Positions 1 to 9,977 of a stretch of DNA of 64,000 bases are shown in pieces. The first letter of the stretch is position 1; each line of letters opens with the position of its first letter. The translations under genes and the position numbers were made by a program. The notes beneath the pieces were generated by a model, which made no database searches, was not told where the DNA came from, and worked only from the letters and a program-made list of their open reading frames with translations. The DNA comes from Truepera sp. (GTDB taxonomy: Bacteria > Deinococcota > Deinococci > Deinococcales > Trueperaceae). The DNA is taken from positions 352,001-416,000 of the forward strand of contig CBDCKW010000009.1 in assembly GCA_965218435.1 (NCBI GenBank). Direction: 5' to 3'.

Positions 1-655
1 ACGCTTTATCCTGCTTGGCGTACCCGTTTTGGCTGTATCCGCCCGTCGGGAGGGTGAGGGGCTCGAGCCCGTCGGCTAACAGCGGCCCTAAAAACGTACT
101 CGCCCGCTCCGACACCCCCGAGAGGAGTAACGGGGTGCGGACAGGCGCGGCGTCCCTAAAGTTGACCCTCGGGCCGAATGCGGCGGCTTGTAGGCGCTCG
201 CCGCTCCGTGGGTCGGTGCGGCGCATCGTTGCAACCGGAGTCACGAGACCCAGACCACCGGTGCTCTCGGGAAAGGTAAAGCTGATGGCACCTAACAGTG
301 CGTCTTTGCCCTTAAACTGCAGATAAACCGGGCTGCCGCTCATCCCCGAGGCGATGCCCCCGGCCTCTTCAATAACCCGGCCGCTGGCCCGTACCAGCAC
401 CAGCGGAAAACCTGCCCCGGCGTCGTACTGCAGCGCCAAAACCTCGACCTTAAAACGTTCGATACGGTTTCCTGCCACAGCGGTCAGGGCGTACCCGGTC
501 TGACCGGCGCTCAGCGCCGTAAGCGGGAATGTCGGGGTTGCAGCGTAGGCGACGCTGACACCAAAAATACCCAGTAACAACGCCCCGAAAGCGCCCGCTT
601 TGTGGGCGCTGAAGCTGGCCCAAATCAAATTGAGGGTAATAAGGGGGAGTTTCAT
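1..655 (-). CDS. SpoIVB/peptidase S55 domain protein (3' end runs off the window)
   Basis: Manual translation from the ATG at 655: MKLPLITLNL...GQTGYALTAVAGNRIERFKVEVL...GGIASGMSGSPVYL. GMSGSPV is the S55 catalytic-Ser motif. N-terminal hydrophobic segment. Absent from the ORF track because it is truncated. Confidence 0.8.
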   Translation of the reverse strand, partial: MKLPLITLNLIWASFSAHKAGAFGALLLGIFGVSVAYAATPTFPLTALSAGQTGYALTAVAGNRIERFKVEVLALQYDAGAGFPLVLVRASGRVIEEAGGIASGMSGSPVYLQFKGKDALLGAISFTFPESTGGLGLVTPVATMRRTDPRSGERLQAAAFGPRVNFRDAAPVRTPLLLSGVSERASTFLGPLLADGLEPLTLPTGGYSQNGYAKQDKA

Positions 656-715
656 AGCGGTAGAAGATAAAGAATCATAACGGAGTCGGGCAACTACCTT
701 TCGGGTCGGGACGAT

Positions 716-1753
716 CTACCTGGCTTGCTCGAGCACAAGGTCTAGCTGTTCGGTGAGCGCGAGCGCCTTGCCGGTACCCAGCACCGTAGCGTCGGAGGCG
801 TTTTCGGCGACTCTGGCGCGAATACCGGTCGTCTCTTGTAAAAGCTCGGCTAAGTTGGCGATGGGGGCGCTGCCTCCGGTCAACACCATGCCTGTATCAA
901 TCACGTCTGCGACCAGTTCGGGCGGCGCGGCTTCTAACACCCGCTGGACCCCGGCGGCGAGCTTCTCGAGCGGGTCGCGCAGAGCCTGGGCTACTTCGTC
1001 AGCGGTGACCACAACCTCTTTAACCACGCTGCTGGCGAGGTCGCGTCCACGAACCTCGAAGCTGTCGGTTCGTTCAAGACCGACGCCGACTTGCGCCGTG
1101 CCGACGCGCAGCTTGATCTCCTCGGCGCTCCGGTCACCGATCAGCACATTTTGCTGCTGCCGGACAAACCGCACAATCGCCTCGTCAAATTCGTTGCCGG
1201 CCAGCCGTAACGATTCGCCCACCACGACGCCGCCCAAACTGATGATAGCCACGTCCGCCGTACCGCCGCCGACGTCTACGACCAGCGAGCCGGTCGGTTC
1301 GGTTACGGGCAACCCGGCACCGAGCGCGGCCGCGAGCGGCGTTTCGATAAGCTGAACACGCTTTGCGCCGGTGTCGCGGACCGTTTGTAACACGTTCCTT
1401 TTGTCGGCGTCGGTGACGCCGCCGGGAACACAGAGCAAGATGTGTTGCCCCAGCAAGCGGCTCGGCCCGGTTTTTACGCGGCTAAAAAGCGCCTGTAGCA
1501 GCTCTTTAGTGAGCGCGTGGTCGGCAATAATGCCGTCTTGCAGCGGCCTCACCACTACAGTATTGCCGGGGTCACGGCCGAGCCGCCGGTAGGCGTCGTC
1601 ACCGACGGCTTGCACCTCGCCGGTTTTAGCGAGAGCGACGACTGCAGGTTCGCGGAGGACGATTTTGCCTCCGGCGCAGATGCGCACCGTCGTCGTACCC
1701 AGATCAACGCCGAGTTCTTGGGGTTTAAGCTGAGGTCTAAAGCGGGCGCTCAT
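716..1753 (-). CDS. mreB: Rod shape-determining actin-like ATPase MreB/Mbl
   Basis: GVDLGT, EPAVVA, RPLQDGII, VDVGGGT, LTGGSA motifs; 345 aa; no mreC/mreD adjacent. Confidence 0.9.
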   Translation of the reverse strand: MSARFRPQLKPQELGVDLGTTTVRICAGGKIVLREPAVVALAKTGEVQAVGDDAYRRLGRDPGNTVVVRPLQDGIIADHALTKELLQALFSRVKTGPSRLLGQHILLCVPGGVTDADKRNVLQTVRDTGAKRVQLIETPLAAALGAGLPVTEPTGSLVVDVGGGTADVAIISLGGVVVGESLRLAGNEFDEAIVRFVRQQQNVLIGDRSAEEIKLRVGTAQVGVGLERTDSFEVRGRDLASSVVKEVVVTADEVAQALRDPLEKLAAGVQRVLEAAPPELVADVIDTGMVLTGGSAPIANLAELLQETTGIRARVAENASDATVLGTGKALALTEQLDLVLEQAR

Positions 1754-1838
1754 ACTTTTTCCAGACGGGCGTATACCAGAGGGACATAAGCGGTGGGGTC
1801 AGCGCAGAAGTTACGGTCATCACGGTGAGGTGCAGTAT

Positions 1839-1940
1839 ACCCTGCGCACTAAAACCCTGCGCACTAGAACCTTGCGCACTAGAACCTTGCGCACTAGAAC
1901 CTTGCGCACTAGAACCTTGCGCACTAGAACCTTGCGCACC
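1839..1940. repeat. 15-bp tandem repeat (ACCTTGCGCACTAGA), about 6.8 copies
   Basis: Directly visible: four identical central units, slightly degenerate flanking units. Confidence 0.95.
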
Positions 1941-1999
1941 AAAGTCAGACCTCATCCGGGTTAGGGCTCGAGTCCACTCAGCCGCTACATAAAATCCTG

Positions 2000-2209
2000 C
2001 TTAGTACACGGCAAAAAACAGTTTTACGAGTCTGGAACGGGCTGTTGAGCCCTCTGAAAAGTAGCGTTCATGTCTCCCTAGATTGCTGTCTAGGACGATC
2101 TTTAAGGCGATCTACCGAGTCATGCTCAGGCAGACAAACATCTTCTTGTCTAGCTTATGCAACAAAGCACGTTCTGGATAAAGTTGCTAAAAAATTGTCG
2201 TGTACTTAG
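2000..2209 (+). mobile_element. 210-bp non-autonomous IS4-type MITE, copy 1
   Basis: Terminal inverted repeats CTTAGTACACGGCAAA ... ATTGTCGTGTACTTAG. Aligns end to end with the reverse complement of 58765-58974. Ends resemble the IS4 inverted repeat at 21593. Confidence 0.85.
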
Positions 2210-2269
2210 AACCCTGTACAAATCGGGGTTCGGCAGTCGCTTAAAGACAAATAAAGACAAAGCAGTCGC

Positions 2270-2851
2270 TTAGAGATAGATAGGTGAAACGGTGCTTGTG
2301 CCCGCCTCGGCACCTCGTCCAGCGTACTGTTCGGCGCATCGGGCGAGATAACTCGCAGCCGGGGGTACCCCTTCAAAATAGGGGAAATCCGAGTTTTGGG
2401 CCAGGTTTTGCGCTGCCGTCCGCTCGAGCTTTTTAAGCTCCCCCTCTTGCACTAGTCTGCCCGCTTGCCAGCCAAAGACACCGGCATAAACGTTGTCCCG
2501 GCGGGCGTCTAACGCGACGACGCCGCGCGGCTCGTACGCGCCTAACACACCGGCAGCCATCGCTGCCAAGGTGCTTTCGCCGCGCACAGGAACGCCTAAA
2601 CCTCGCGCAATCCCTTTAGCCGCCGCGACGCCGACCCGCAACCCGGTATACGAGCCCGGTCCGACGCCGACGCCGACACCCTCGAGGTGCGCCGGGGTTA
2701 GCTCGGCCTCTTTTAGAAGGTCGCTTAGCGCGGCCGGTAGCCGCGCTGCATGGTCACGGCCCACGGTTTCACAGCTCGAGGCGAGCAGACCATCCCTATA
2801 AAGTGCGAGTGCCAGGTAAGGCGTAGAACAGTCCACACCGAGATAAGCCAT
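2270..2851 (-). CDS. tsaB: tRNA threonylcarbamoyladenosine biosynthesis protein TsaB
   Basis: YLGVDCST, GVGPGSYTGLRVG, DARR motifs; follows tsaE. Start at 2851 (TATGCT 7 nt upstream) or 2863. Confidence 0.9.
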   Translation of the reverse strand: MAYLGVDCSTPYLALALYRDGLLASSCETVGRDHAARLPAALSDLLKEAELTPAHLEGVGVGVGPGSYTGLRVGVAAAKGIARGLGVPVRGESTLAAMAAGVLGAYEPRGVVALDARRDNVYAGVFGWQAGRLVQEGELKKLERTAAQNLAQNSDFPYFEGVPPAASYLARCAEQYAGRGAEAGTSTVSPIYL

Positions 2852-2867
2852 AGCTTTAAGCATAGCG

Positions 2868-3290
2868 TTAAAAGAGGACTTGATCGCCTTGGGTTACGGC
2901 GGCGCGGCGCGCGCTGCCGGTCAGCGACAACTGCACGACCAGCGCGTCCGGAAACGTCTTTAACAAACCTTTGCCCCACTCGACCGCAACGAGCCGTGCG
3001 CGGGCCAGATAATCTTCCAAACCCAGTTCAAAAAGTGCCTCCGTGCCCTCTAAACGGTAAGCGTCAATATGAACGAGCACGCCCTCAGGCGTCGGGTATT
3101 CGTGGATGAGCGTATAGGTAGGACTGCTGATCTGTGCGCTACTCCCGAGGGCGCGTCCGAGCGCCTGGACCAGCGCCGTTTTGCCCGCGCCGAGAGGCCC
3201 TAGCAAGATGAGCAGCGATCCGGGCGGTGCGTGGCGGACGAGTTCGTGAGCGAGTCTTTGCGTGTCTGCGAGTGAGCCGAGCGTGGCCAT
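2868..3290 (-). CDS. tsaE: tRNA threonylcarbamoyladenosine ATPase TsaE
   Basis: GPLGAGKT Walker A, SSPTYTL, HIDAYRL, VEW. Confidence 0.95.
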   Translation of the reverse strand: MATLGSLADTQRLAHELVRHAPPGSLLILLGPLGAGKTALVQALGRALGSSAQISSPTYTLIHEYPTPEGVLVHIDAYRLEGTEALFELGLEDYLARARLVAVEWGKGLLKTFPDALVVQLSLTGSARRAAVTQGDQVLF

Positions 3291-3330
3291 ACCCTTATTA
3301 TGTGCAGGTCGTATGCAGGTTTGCAGCGGT

Positions 3331-5364
3331 TTAAGAAGGTGTAGCGACCGGCTCGAGGAGCCGGGTCAGTTCGGGCAGTGCGCCCGCGACGGACTTTCGC
3401 GCCACGCCGAGCCAGCCCGGAGCGTAGGTCACAAGGGCGAGGCTATGGGCGCGGGACAACCAAAAAATCAGCAGCGTGTACCCTTCGGTTTCAACCGTCA
3501 GGGTCGCGGTGTGGCTGAGCTCTAACCCCTTGCCCAAAGTATCGGCCCGGCGTTTGCTCAGGCGCACGGCTCGCTGCAGCGTTTTGGTTTCGGTCGGCAA
3601 AGCTCCTGAAACGAGCGTGGCGGCGTGGTCGGCGAAAAGGGCGAGTCCGGTGACGCCTTCTTGCGCTGCTTGACGCTCGAGCCATCCCTGCACTGTACCG
3701 GCCCCGTGCGGTGGGATGGGCAGTTCTGAAAGCTGAGCAGCCTTCTGCTCGAGTCCTGTATCTTCTGGTCCTTCATCTTCTAGCTCTACCTTTTCTAATT
3801 TCTGCGCTGAGGTCGCGGGTTTGGTGGGCGCAGCGAAAAAATCAAAGCCGCCCAGCAGGTCATCTAACGAATCGTTGCCAGCCAGTAGCTGCGACGCGAC
3901 GGCGCGCGTCGCTTCGGCCTCTCTTTGCAAGCTCGAGATCAGCGTCTCGGTGTCTTGCAACTGTGTCTCGAGCTTCGCCTGCTGTTTGGGCGACTGCGCT
4001 GCAAATTGTGCTGCGGCGTGGAGTGACCGGCGGGGCGCAGTCAGCGTCCTGAGTTGCCCGCGCAGCGTCAGCGCCGCGTCGGAATTAAGGCTCGAGAGGG
4101 ACGCGGCGGCGTCTTGCACCGCGCGTAGGCGCGTTTCAAAGCTTTCGGCACTTCGCTGCTGTTCGGCTTTAGCTGCTCCTAAGAGCGCCCAACCCGCCTC
4201 TAACTCAGGGAGCGTACGGCCCGCCTCGAGCGTTTCCCTTACGCCGACCAAAAAGGCCGCCAACGCGCGGCCCGGTTCGTTGGGGACAGCGCGGTAATCG
4301 GCGGCGTCCGTCTCGAGGCGGTGAAAGTCGGCGAGCTGCGCAGAACCTGAGTCGCTCCCACGTAAGAGGTCACGAATCCTAATGACGTCGGCCGCGGGCG
4401 GGAGCATCTTGTCTAAAACTTTGAGCGAGAGTGCCAGCAGCTGCCCGAGTTCGGACTCAGCGCCACCAAGCTGGTCGTTAAGCGCCCCGAACTCCGCTTG
4501 CAATTCCCTTCTCAAAGCTTCGCGCCGCGCTTCCAGCTCGCTACGAAAGGTCTTTAAGGTTTCGCCTAACAGGGTGCCGCCGTCAACCTGCTTTTGCAAC
4601 TCGGTAAGTTTTTCGGCAAGGGTGGGCTCGAGATTTAGCAGCGTGCTGAAGGTGTTGGGGAGCGCCCGCAGTTCCCGCGCCTCTTCGCCCAAAATTCTGA
4701 GCTTTTCAGCGCGCAGGTCACCGGCTAACTGATGCGCCCGCTCGACCTCGGCCGGAACGCGCTGCTGCGCCTCTTGTGCGCCCCGAATCAGCTCTAAAAG
4801 CCCGCTAAGACGCCGCACTTTGGGGCTTTTAAGCATACTGTGCTCTTGCCAGGTGGTTTCTAACAGGGCCAGTTCCCGCGCCTGCACCGAAAGCTGGTCA
4901 TTTAACTTCTGCTGCAAGACCCCGAGTTGAACCCCAGCCGCCGCAATCAGCTCAGCGGCGCTGCGGCCCGCTGCGTGTTCGTTTTCGATCAGCGAGAGCT
5001 GAGCCCGCAACTTTTGCGTTTCGCTCCACTCGAAGTAGATATTAAACGGTTTGGCGGCGGCCTGTAACAGCCCGATCTGCCGAGCTTGCGTGCTCATCGT
5101 AAGCGCCTTGGCTGACCCCGCCGCGGCTTCGATAAGCCGCCCTGAAATCCCTTGCGCCGTCTCTTTGGCTTTGACTTCGCCGAGTGAAGACGTCAGGCGC
5201 GGCAGTACCCGGTTTTGCAAGATGGCTTCGGCGTCTTGTAAGGTAAGCGTCTCTGCAGTTTTTCCGGCGCTCGCCAGTCCTTCGTGCAGCGCCTGCGACA
5301 CGAGTCTAGGAGAGAGCACCGCCTCGAGTTCACGAACCGCTGCTTTATAAAGGGCGTTCGCCAT
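3331..5364 (-). CDS. Hypothetical helical/coiled-coil protein, possible C-terminal roadblock-like domain
   Basis: 677-aa ORF, Ala/Leu/Glu-rich, with a C-terminal alpha/beta segment (GVTGLALFAD...TLLIFW); 3 nt from the upstream gene. Confidence 0.7.
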   Translation of the reverse strand: MANALYKAAVRELEAVLSPRLVSQALHEGLASAGKTAETLTLQDAEAILQNRVLPRLTSSLGEVKAKETAQGISGRLIEAAAGSAKALTMSTQARQIGLLQAAAKPFNIYFEWSETQKLRAQLSLIENEHAAGRSAAELIAAAGVQLGVLQQKLNDQLSVQARELALLETTWQEHSMLKSPKVRRLSGLLELIRGAQEAQQRVPAEVERAHQLAGDLRAEKLRILGEEARELRALPNTFSTLLNLEPTLAEKLTELQKQVDGGTLLGETLKTFRSELEARREALRRELQAEFGALNDQLGGAESELGQLLALSLKVLDKMLPPAADVIRIRDLLRGSDSGSAQLADFHRLETDAADYRAVPNEPGRALAAFLVGVRETLEAGRTLPELEAGWALLGAAKAEQQRSAESFETRLRAVQDAAASLSSLNSDAALTLRGQLRTLTAPRRSLHAAAQFAAQSPKQQAKLETQLQDTETLISSLQREAEATRAVASQLLAGNDSLDDLLGGFDFFAAPTKPATSAQKLEKVELEDEGPEDTGLEQKAAQLSELPIPPHGAGTVQGWLERQAAQEGVTGLALFADHAATLVSGALPTETKTLQRAVRLSKRRADTLGKGLELSHTATLTVETEGYTLLIFWLSRAHSLALVTYAPGWLGVARKSVAGALPELTRLLEPVATPS

Positions 5365-5367
5365 ACC

Positions 5368-6963
5368 TTAGAAGTCGTCGTCCCAGTTGAGGGTACCCGT
5401 CGTCAGGGGTGACGACCGGGTAGCTTGGGTAGGTTGCGGCGTAGCGGTGGGTGTAGGCTCTGCCCGAGTCGGTTCGTACTCGGCGTGTGGGTCGCTGTCT
5501 GCTAGCTTCTGATTTGCGCGGGCCGGGGCAGTGCTTCTACTGAGTGCAAGGCAGAGCACCGCTGCGGCAGTCAGCAGCGTCCAGGCAAGTTGCATGACCG
5601 GGTTGATGAAGAGCGAATAAGCTGCTGCTTGCCTTAGGAGTGGTTGGTTAGTGAGCGGCACTAAAAATCCGGCGAGCGCGACGAGCCCTTCAGCAATCGC
5701 CGGTAACAGTAGCAGCGCGAGCGCCGCATCTCGCCACGGCGAAACGCTCACGGCAAATAGCAGCCGGACGAGTCCGATTAAAGCGAGAAAGCCCGCCACC
5801 ATCAAGAAAATGGTGTAGCGTTCCGGCGTTAAAAAGGGAAGTGCCGTGATCGTCTCAGGTTGAACTGTGCCGTTTTGAACCGTGCTGTCTTGAAAATCAG
5901 GTTGAACCGCGTTGTCTTGAAGATCAGATTGAACCGGATCACCCGGCAACGCTGTGGTGGGCGCGTCTGCGGTACCGCTCGCAAGGTCTTCGGTCATGGC
6001 TGCACCGGTGATGGTCGGTACAAACGGCTCGGTAGCCGGATCGGTCGTAGTGGCAGGTGTGCTGGTGGGTGTACTGGTAGCCGTGTTAGCAGCTACGTCG
6101 GCTGAACCGGTCGCGGCGCTCTCTGCGGCTGGGATGGGGCTCTGCGCCGCTGTTTGCGCCGCCGAGTTCTGACCAGCACTATTTTGACCCGTATTATCCT
6201 GCGTAGCACCTGTGTTCGCTCCAACACGTTCGGCTCTGTGGGCAAAACCGGCCAGCTGCGCCTTGAGCAAGGTAACGCCCTGTTCGGTGGGCTGCTCGGT
6301 GACGAGCGCCCGAATCGTTCCGACCACGGTGTCGCGCGTTTCCGGGGGCAGCCTCGGTGAATCTTGTACGAGGAAAATATAGCCGTACACCTGCGCGAGT
6401 GTCCGGTAGCGGCTGCCTAGATCGCCGCCGAACCCGGCCAGCTGAGCGAGGCCGCGCTTCGCTAGCCGCGCTTCAAAGGCACCCTGCAGTTCACGCTGCG
6501 ACGTACCCTTAAACCGGGCGTTCGCCAACCCTAAATCCTGACCCAGCATGTTTAAGAGGTTTCGCGCAGTTGCGGCGTCGCCACCAGCCGCGTCACGGAG
6601 GGCCTGCTGATAGACGGCTCGACCAAAACCGCCTTGCAGCACCGCTGCTTGAACCTGCAGGTCGGTTTCGCTCTGATTGACGATGGCCTCTTCCGCGCGG
6701 CTAAAAGTCTCTTGCAGGCCGCTGCGTAGGGCGGGCTCGAGCGCCTGTCCCAGCGGTGCAAAGGCGGTTTCGGCTTTTCTGAGCGCGTCCAAACTCTCGA
6801 CTTGGTCGGTTGAAAACGCCGCGACGCTCTCTTTTAGCGCCGTGGCCGCGTTTTGATACTCGTTTAAGAGGGACTGGGCGAGGCTCGAGCCCAACCCGAG
6901 CAGGCACAGGGTGGCTAACGTCGTAAGTAACAGTTGGGGACGTTTTGTCGGGGGTTTCATCAA
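5368..6963 (-). CDS. Hypothetical exported/membrane protein: signal peptide, helical domain, Thr/Ala/Gln/Pro linker, about three C-terminal TM helices
   Basis: Hydrophobic N-terminus ending SLA-Q, low-complexity linker with pentapeptide repeats, AAGGAG RBS upstream. Confidence 0.75.
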   Translation of the reverse strand: MMKPPTKRPQLLLTTLATLCLLGLGSSLAQSLLNEYQNAATALKESVAAFSTDQVESLDALRKAETAFAPLGQALEPALRSGLQETFSRAEEAIVNQSETDLQVQAAVLQGGFGRAVYQQALRDAAGGDAATARNLLNMLGQDLGLANARFKGTSQRELQGAFEARLAKRGLAQLAGFGGDLGSRYRTLAQVYGYIFLVQDSPRLPPETRDTVVGTIRALVTEQPTEQGVTLLKAQLAGFAHRAERVGANTGATQDNTGQNSAGQNSAAQTAAQSPIPAAESAATGSADVAANTATSTPTSTPATTTDPATEPFVPTITGAAMTEDLASGTADAPTTALPGDPVQSDLQDNAVQPDFQDSTVQNGTVQPETITALPFLTPERYTIFLMVAGFLALIGLVRLLFAVSVSPWRDAALALLLLPAIAEGLVALAGFLVPLTNQPLLRQAAAYSLFINPVMQLAWTLLTAAAVLCLALSRSTAPARANQKLADSDPHAEYEPTRAEPTPTATPQPTQATRSSPLTTGTLNWDDDF

Positions 6964-7354
6964 GGGCTCCTTAGGAGTTTCGCCCCGGAGGGTAGAGTAG
7001 CCATAACCGAGTACCGAAGCCGGTCTTTGGGCGCGTTTTAGAGAACTTGCCAGAGCTGCTCTAAAGACCGGTTTGAATAGCCCAGCATACTGCCGAGTAG
7101 GGCGTCCAGGTGTGAAATATCAGCTAGTAACCGTTTGGATCGGCGTCTCTGCTTGCGTCGGCATTCTTACTATCTTGCTACGCTACGCCGTGTTACATTT
7201 TCCCATGCCGTTTGCATTTCTGGCCTTTTCACCCTGCAGTCACCCCCATAGTCATCAAGGTTGTAACCGCTGTTTGCGCCGTCAGCCGTATCTTTGTGTT
7301 TATTAGTGCTTACAGCGTCCTCTTTAGGTGGCGTAGACGCCCGTACGGATCCCG

Positions 7355-7999
7355 ATGCCCGCTGATGTAACCGGTGCGCCCACCCCGGCTGAGCGCCCCG
7401 GTATTTTGTTTGTCATGACCGGCGCGTCGGGCGTCGGGAAAGATACGATTCGGCAGGCAGCTCTGCCGAACGTTGACCTCTACTTTTCCATCTCGGCGAC
7501 GACGCGGGGCCGCCGTCCCGGTGAAACGCACGGCAAACAGTACTTTTTTTACGAAAAAGAGGCGTTTCAAACGCTGCTCGCCGAGGACGCGCTGTTAGAG
7601 TACGCCGAATACGTCGGCGACTTTTACGGGACGCCGGTAGAGCCGGTGCAAACTGCACTGGCAGGGGGCCGAGACGTGCTTTTAGAGCTCGAGCTCGTCG
7701 GTGCTAGACAGGTCAAACAAAGGCTACCCAACGCGGTGATGATCTTTATCGCGCCGCCAAGTTTGAGCGAGCTCGAGCGCCGTTTGCGCGGGCGCGGGAC
7801 CGACTCCGAAAGCCGGATTCAAAAACGTCTCGCCCGCGCTCGTGAAGAGATTCGCGCCGTTCAAGAGTTTGATTACGTGGTCGTTAATGACACCTTGCCG
7901 ACGGCAGTCCGCGATTTTTGCAGTATTATCTACGCTGAGCGTGCTCGCACGTCACTTTTGAGTCGGCGCGAGATCGCCAACTTTTTGCGTGAACTGTAA
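7355..7999 (+). CDS. gmk: Guanylate kinase
   Basis: GASGVGKDT, SISATTR, YGTP; gmk-rpoZ-coaBC synteny. Confidence 0.97.
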   Translation: MPADVTGAPTPAERPGILFVMTGASGVGKDTIRQAALPNVDLYFSISATTRGRRPGETHGKQYFFYEKEAFQTLLAEDALLEYAEYVGDFYGTPVEPVQTALAGGRDVLLELELVGARQVKQRLPNAVMIFIAPPSLSELERRLRGRGTDSESRIQKRLARAREEIRAVQEFDYVVVNDTLPTAVRDFCSIIYAERARTSLLSRREIANFLREL

Positions 8000-8047
8000 C
8001 GCTTTGTCGCGGCTAGGACGCAGCAGAGCTAAACTAAGGAGACAACC

Positions 8048-8356
8048 ATGGCCCAAGAAGGCTTCGATACCCTGATGGCTTTAACCGAGTCGCGTTACCG
8101 GCTTTCGATGGTGACCGCGCGCCGCGCCGCGCAGCTCAAGCTTGGGATTCCGACGGTTTTACCCAAAGACGAAACCCCGCACACCTGCAACACCGTGACG
8201 ATTGCGATGAAAGAGCTCGAGGAGGGTGCGGGCGTCCGCTGGGGCGACGACCTCCCGAGTACCGACGAACTTCGGACGCTTATCGAACGCGAACGCCGCG
8301 AAGAACCGAGCAGCTACAGCGTCTCACGCCGCCCCCGTGACGAGGACGACGACTAA
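8048..8356 (+). CDS. rpoZ: RNA polymerase omega subunit
   Basis: SRYRLSMVTARRAAQL, VTIAMKEL; AAGGAG RBS; synteny. Confidence 0.93.
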   Translation: MAQEGFDTLMALTESRYRLSMVTARRAAQLKLGIPTVLPKDETPHTCNTVTIAMKELEEGAGVRWGDDLPSTDELRTLIERERREEPSSYSVSRRPRDEDDD

Positions 8357-8524
8357 CCGGTCGTTGCTGAGCTCCCAAAGCTGACACAGGTCTTGCTCTT
8401 GTTGTAGAAGTCGGAAGCGCCGAGCAGTTGACGCACCACGGCATTACAGCTATCGGCCCACAAAACTGAGTGAAGTGTACGAGGTTAACCATATGGGCAG
8501 CTGGCAACAATCCTCACCCCACTT

Positions 8525-9751
8525 TTGTCTGCTGATATTCCGGTGCGGTTAATCGTCGCCGCGTCAGGGGGCGTAGCCGCTCTCAAAACGCCGTCTCTTT
8601 TACGGCGGCTTGCGGAAGCCGGTCACGAAGTGCGCGCCGCTGCCACCGACGACGCGCTGCACTTTGTCACCAAGCTCTCGCTCGCGGTTGCAGCGGGCGC
8701 TGAGGTTTTCGACCGCGCCGCTTGGTTTACGCCGGACGGTGAAGCTCGTCACATCTCGTGGGCACGTTGGGCTGACGCGCTTGTAGTCGCCCCGGCAACC
8801 GCCGACGCGCTCGCCAGCGCCGCGACCGGCCGCGCCGACGACGTGGTTTCGGCGCTCATTTTGGCAGGTGTTCCGCAGGTCGTTTGGGTTCCGGCGATGA
8901 ACACGGCGATGTGGCAGCATCCACTTGTAAAACGCAACCTCGAGACCTTAAAAGCCATTGGTCATCACCTTGTCGAGCCTGCGACCGGTGCGCTGGCGGC
9001 CCAGGGTGAAGGCACAGGCGTCGGGCGGCTGCCTGAACCTGAAACCATCGTGTCGCTTCTTCCCGGACTGCTCGGCCCGCACGACCTGAAGGGTCGCCGG
9101 GTGCTCGTATCAGCGGGGCCGACCCGTGAATACCTCGACCCGGTGCGTTACCTGTCGAATCCGTCGTCCGGCAAGATGGGGTACGCGGTTGCGGCGGCGG
9201 CGAGAGACCGGGGCGCGGAGGTGACGCTGGTCAGTGGCCCGGTTTCGCTGCCTGAGCCGCACGGTCTCAAGCTCGTCCGGGTTGAAAGTGCCGAAGAGAT
9301 GTTAAGGGCGCTTACTGCTCACTTTGACACCTGCGACGTGCTGATTATGAGCGCCGCCGTCGCCGATTGGCGAGCTGCTAAAGTCAAGACCGAAAAAGAA
9401 CCCAAAACCGGCGCAGCGCAAGAGCTTCAGCTCATCCGTACGCCTGACATTCTGAGTGCTCTAGCTCTCCAAAAACACCGACAGATCATGGTCGGGTTTG
9501 CGATGGAAACGCATCAAGGGGTCGAGCGGGCGGCGGACAAAGCGCGGCGCAAAGGGCTTACGTTCATCTGTCTCAACTACCCGACGCGCGCGGGGTCGGC
9601 GTTTGGCGGCGACGACAATCAGGTCACGTTTGTGACGCCGCAAGGTAACGCTGACGAACTGCCCCGTATGAGTAAACGGGCGGTGGCTGAAGAGATTTTA
9701 GACCGGGTGGTGGGGGTGCTGGGGCCTGCTGACTTCTCTCAAATGCTTTGA
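8525..9751 (+). CDS. coaBC: Phosphopantothenoylcysteine decarboxylase/synthetase CoaBC
   Basis: APATAD, PAMNTAM, SAGPTREYLDPVRYLSNPSSGKMG, AAVADW, VGFAME. Confidence 0.96.
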   Translation: MSADIPVRLIVAASGGVAALKTPSLLRRLAEAGHEVRAAATDDALHFVTKLSLAVAAGAEVFDRAAWFTPDGEARHISWARWADALVVAPATADALASAATGRADDVVSALILAGVPQVVWVPAMNTAMWQHPLVKRNLETLKAIGHHLVEPATGALAAQGEGTGVGRLPEPETIVSLLPGLLGPHDLKGRRVLVSAGPTREYLDPVRYLSNPSSGKMGYAVAAAARDRGAEVTLVSGPVSLPEPHGLKLVRVESAEEMLRALTAHFDTCDVLIMSAAVADWRAAKVKTEKEPKTGAAQELQLIRTPDILSALALQKHRQIMVGFAMETHQGVERAADKARRKGLTFICLNYPTRAGSAFGGDDNQVTFVTPQGNADELPRMSKRAVAEEILDRVVGVLGPADFSQML

Positions 9752-9950
9752 CTGTCCCAGCCCGCTAGTTCAAGCTATGCCCTTTAGGGCAAGACTTTAG
9801 TTGCTACTCATCTCTAAAGAGGTGACCGCGTTGAAAAACAAAGTAGTTCCATTATGTCGTCACCCACCGACGATAGAACCAACCTGTGCCGCGAGGTGCG
9901 AGAAGAAAAGGGCGCTATTCGAGCATGAGTCGGGACTTTAGTCCAACTCA

Positions 9951-9977
9951 AACCTATGTACTTTCAGTGCATAGGTT
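9951..9977 (+). terminator. Stem-loop, probable terminator
   Basis: AACCTATGTAC-TTTCA-GTGCATAGGTT (one G-U pair) followed by GTTT. Confidence 0.5.

Noticed and set aside
1839..1940. Tandem repeat as a CRISPR array
   Set aside because: 15-bp units abut with no spacers, and there are no cas genes in the window.
1737..1955. 72-aa ORF with AQGSS repeats
   Set aside because: The open frame is explained by the stop-free 15-bp repeat; it overlaps the mreB start and has no other coding support.
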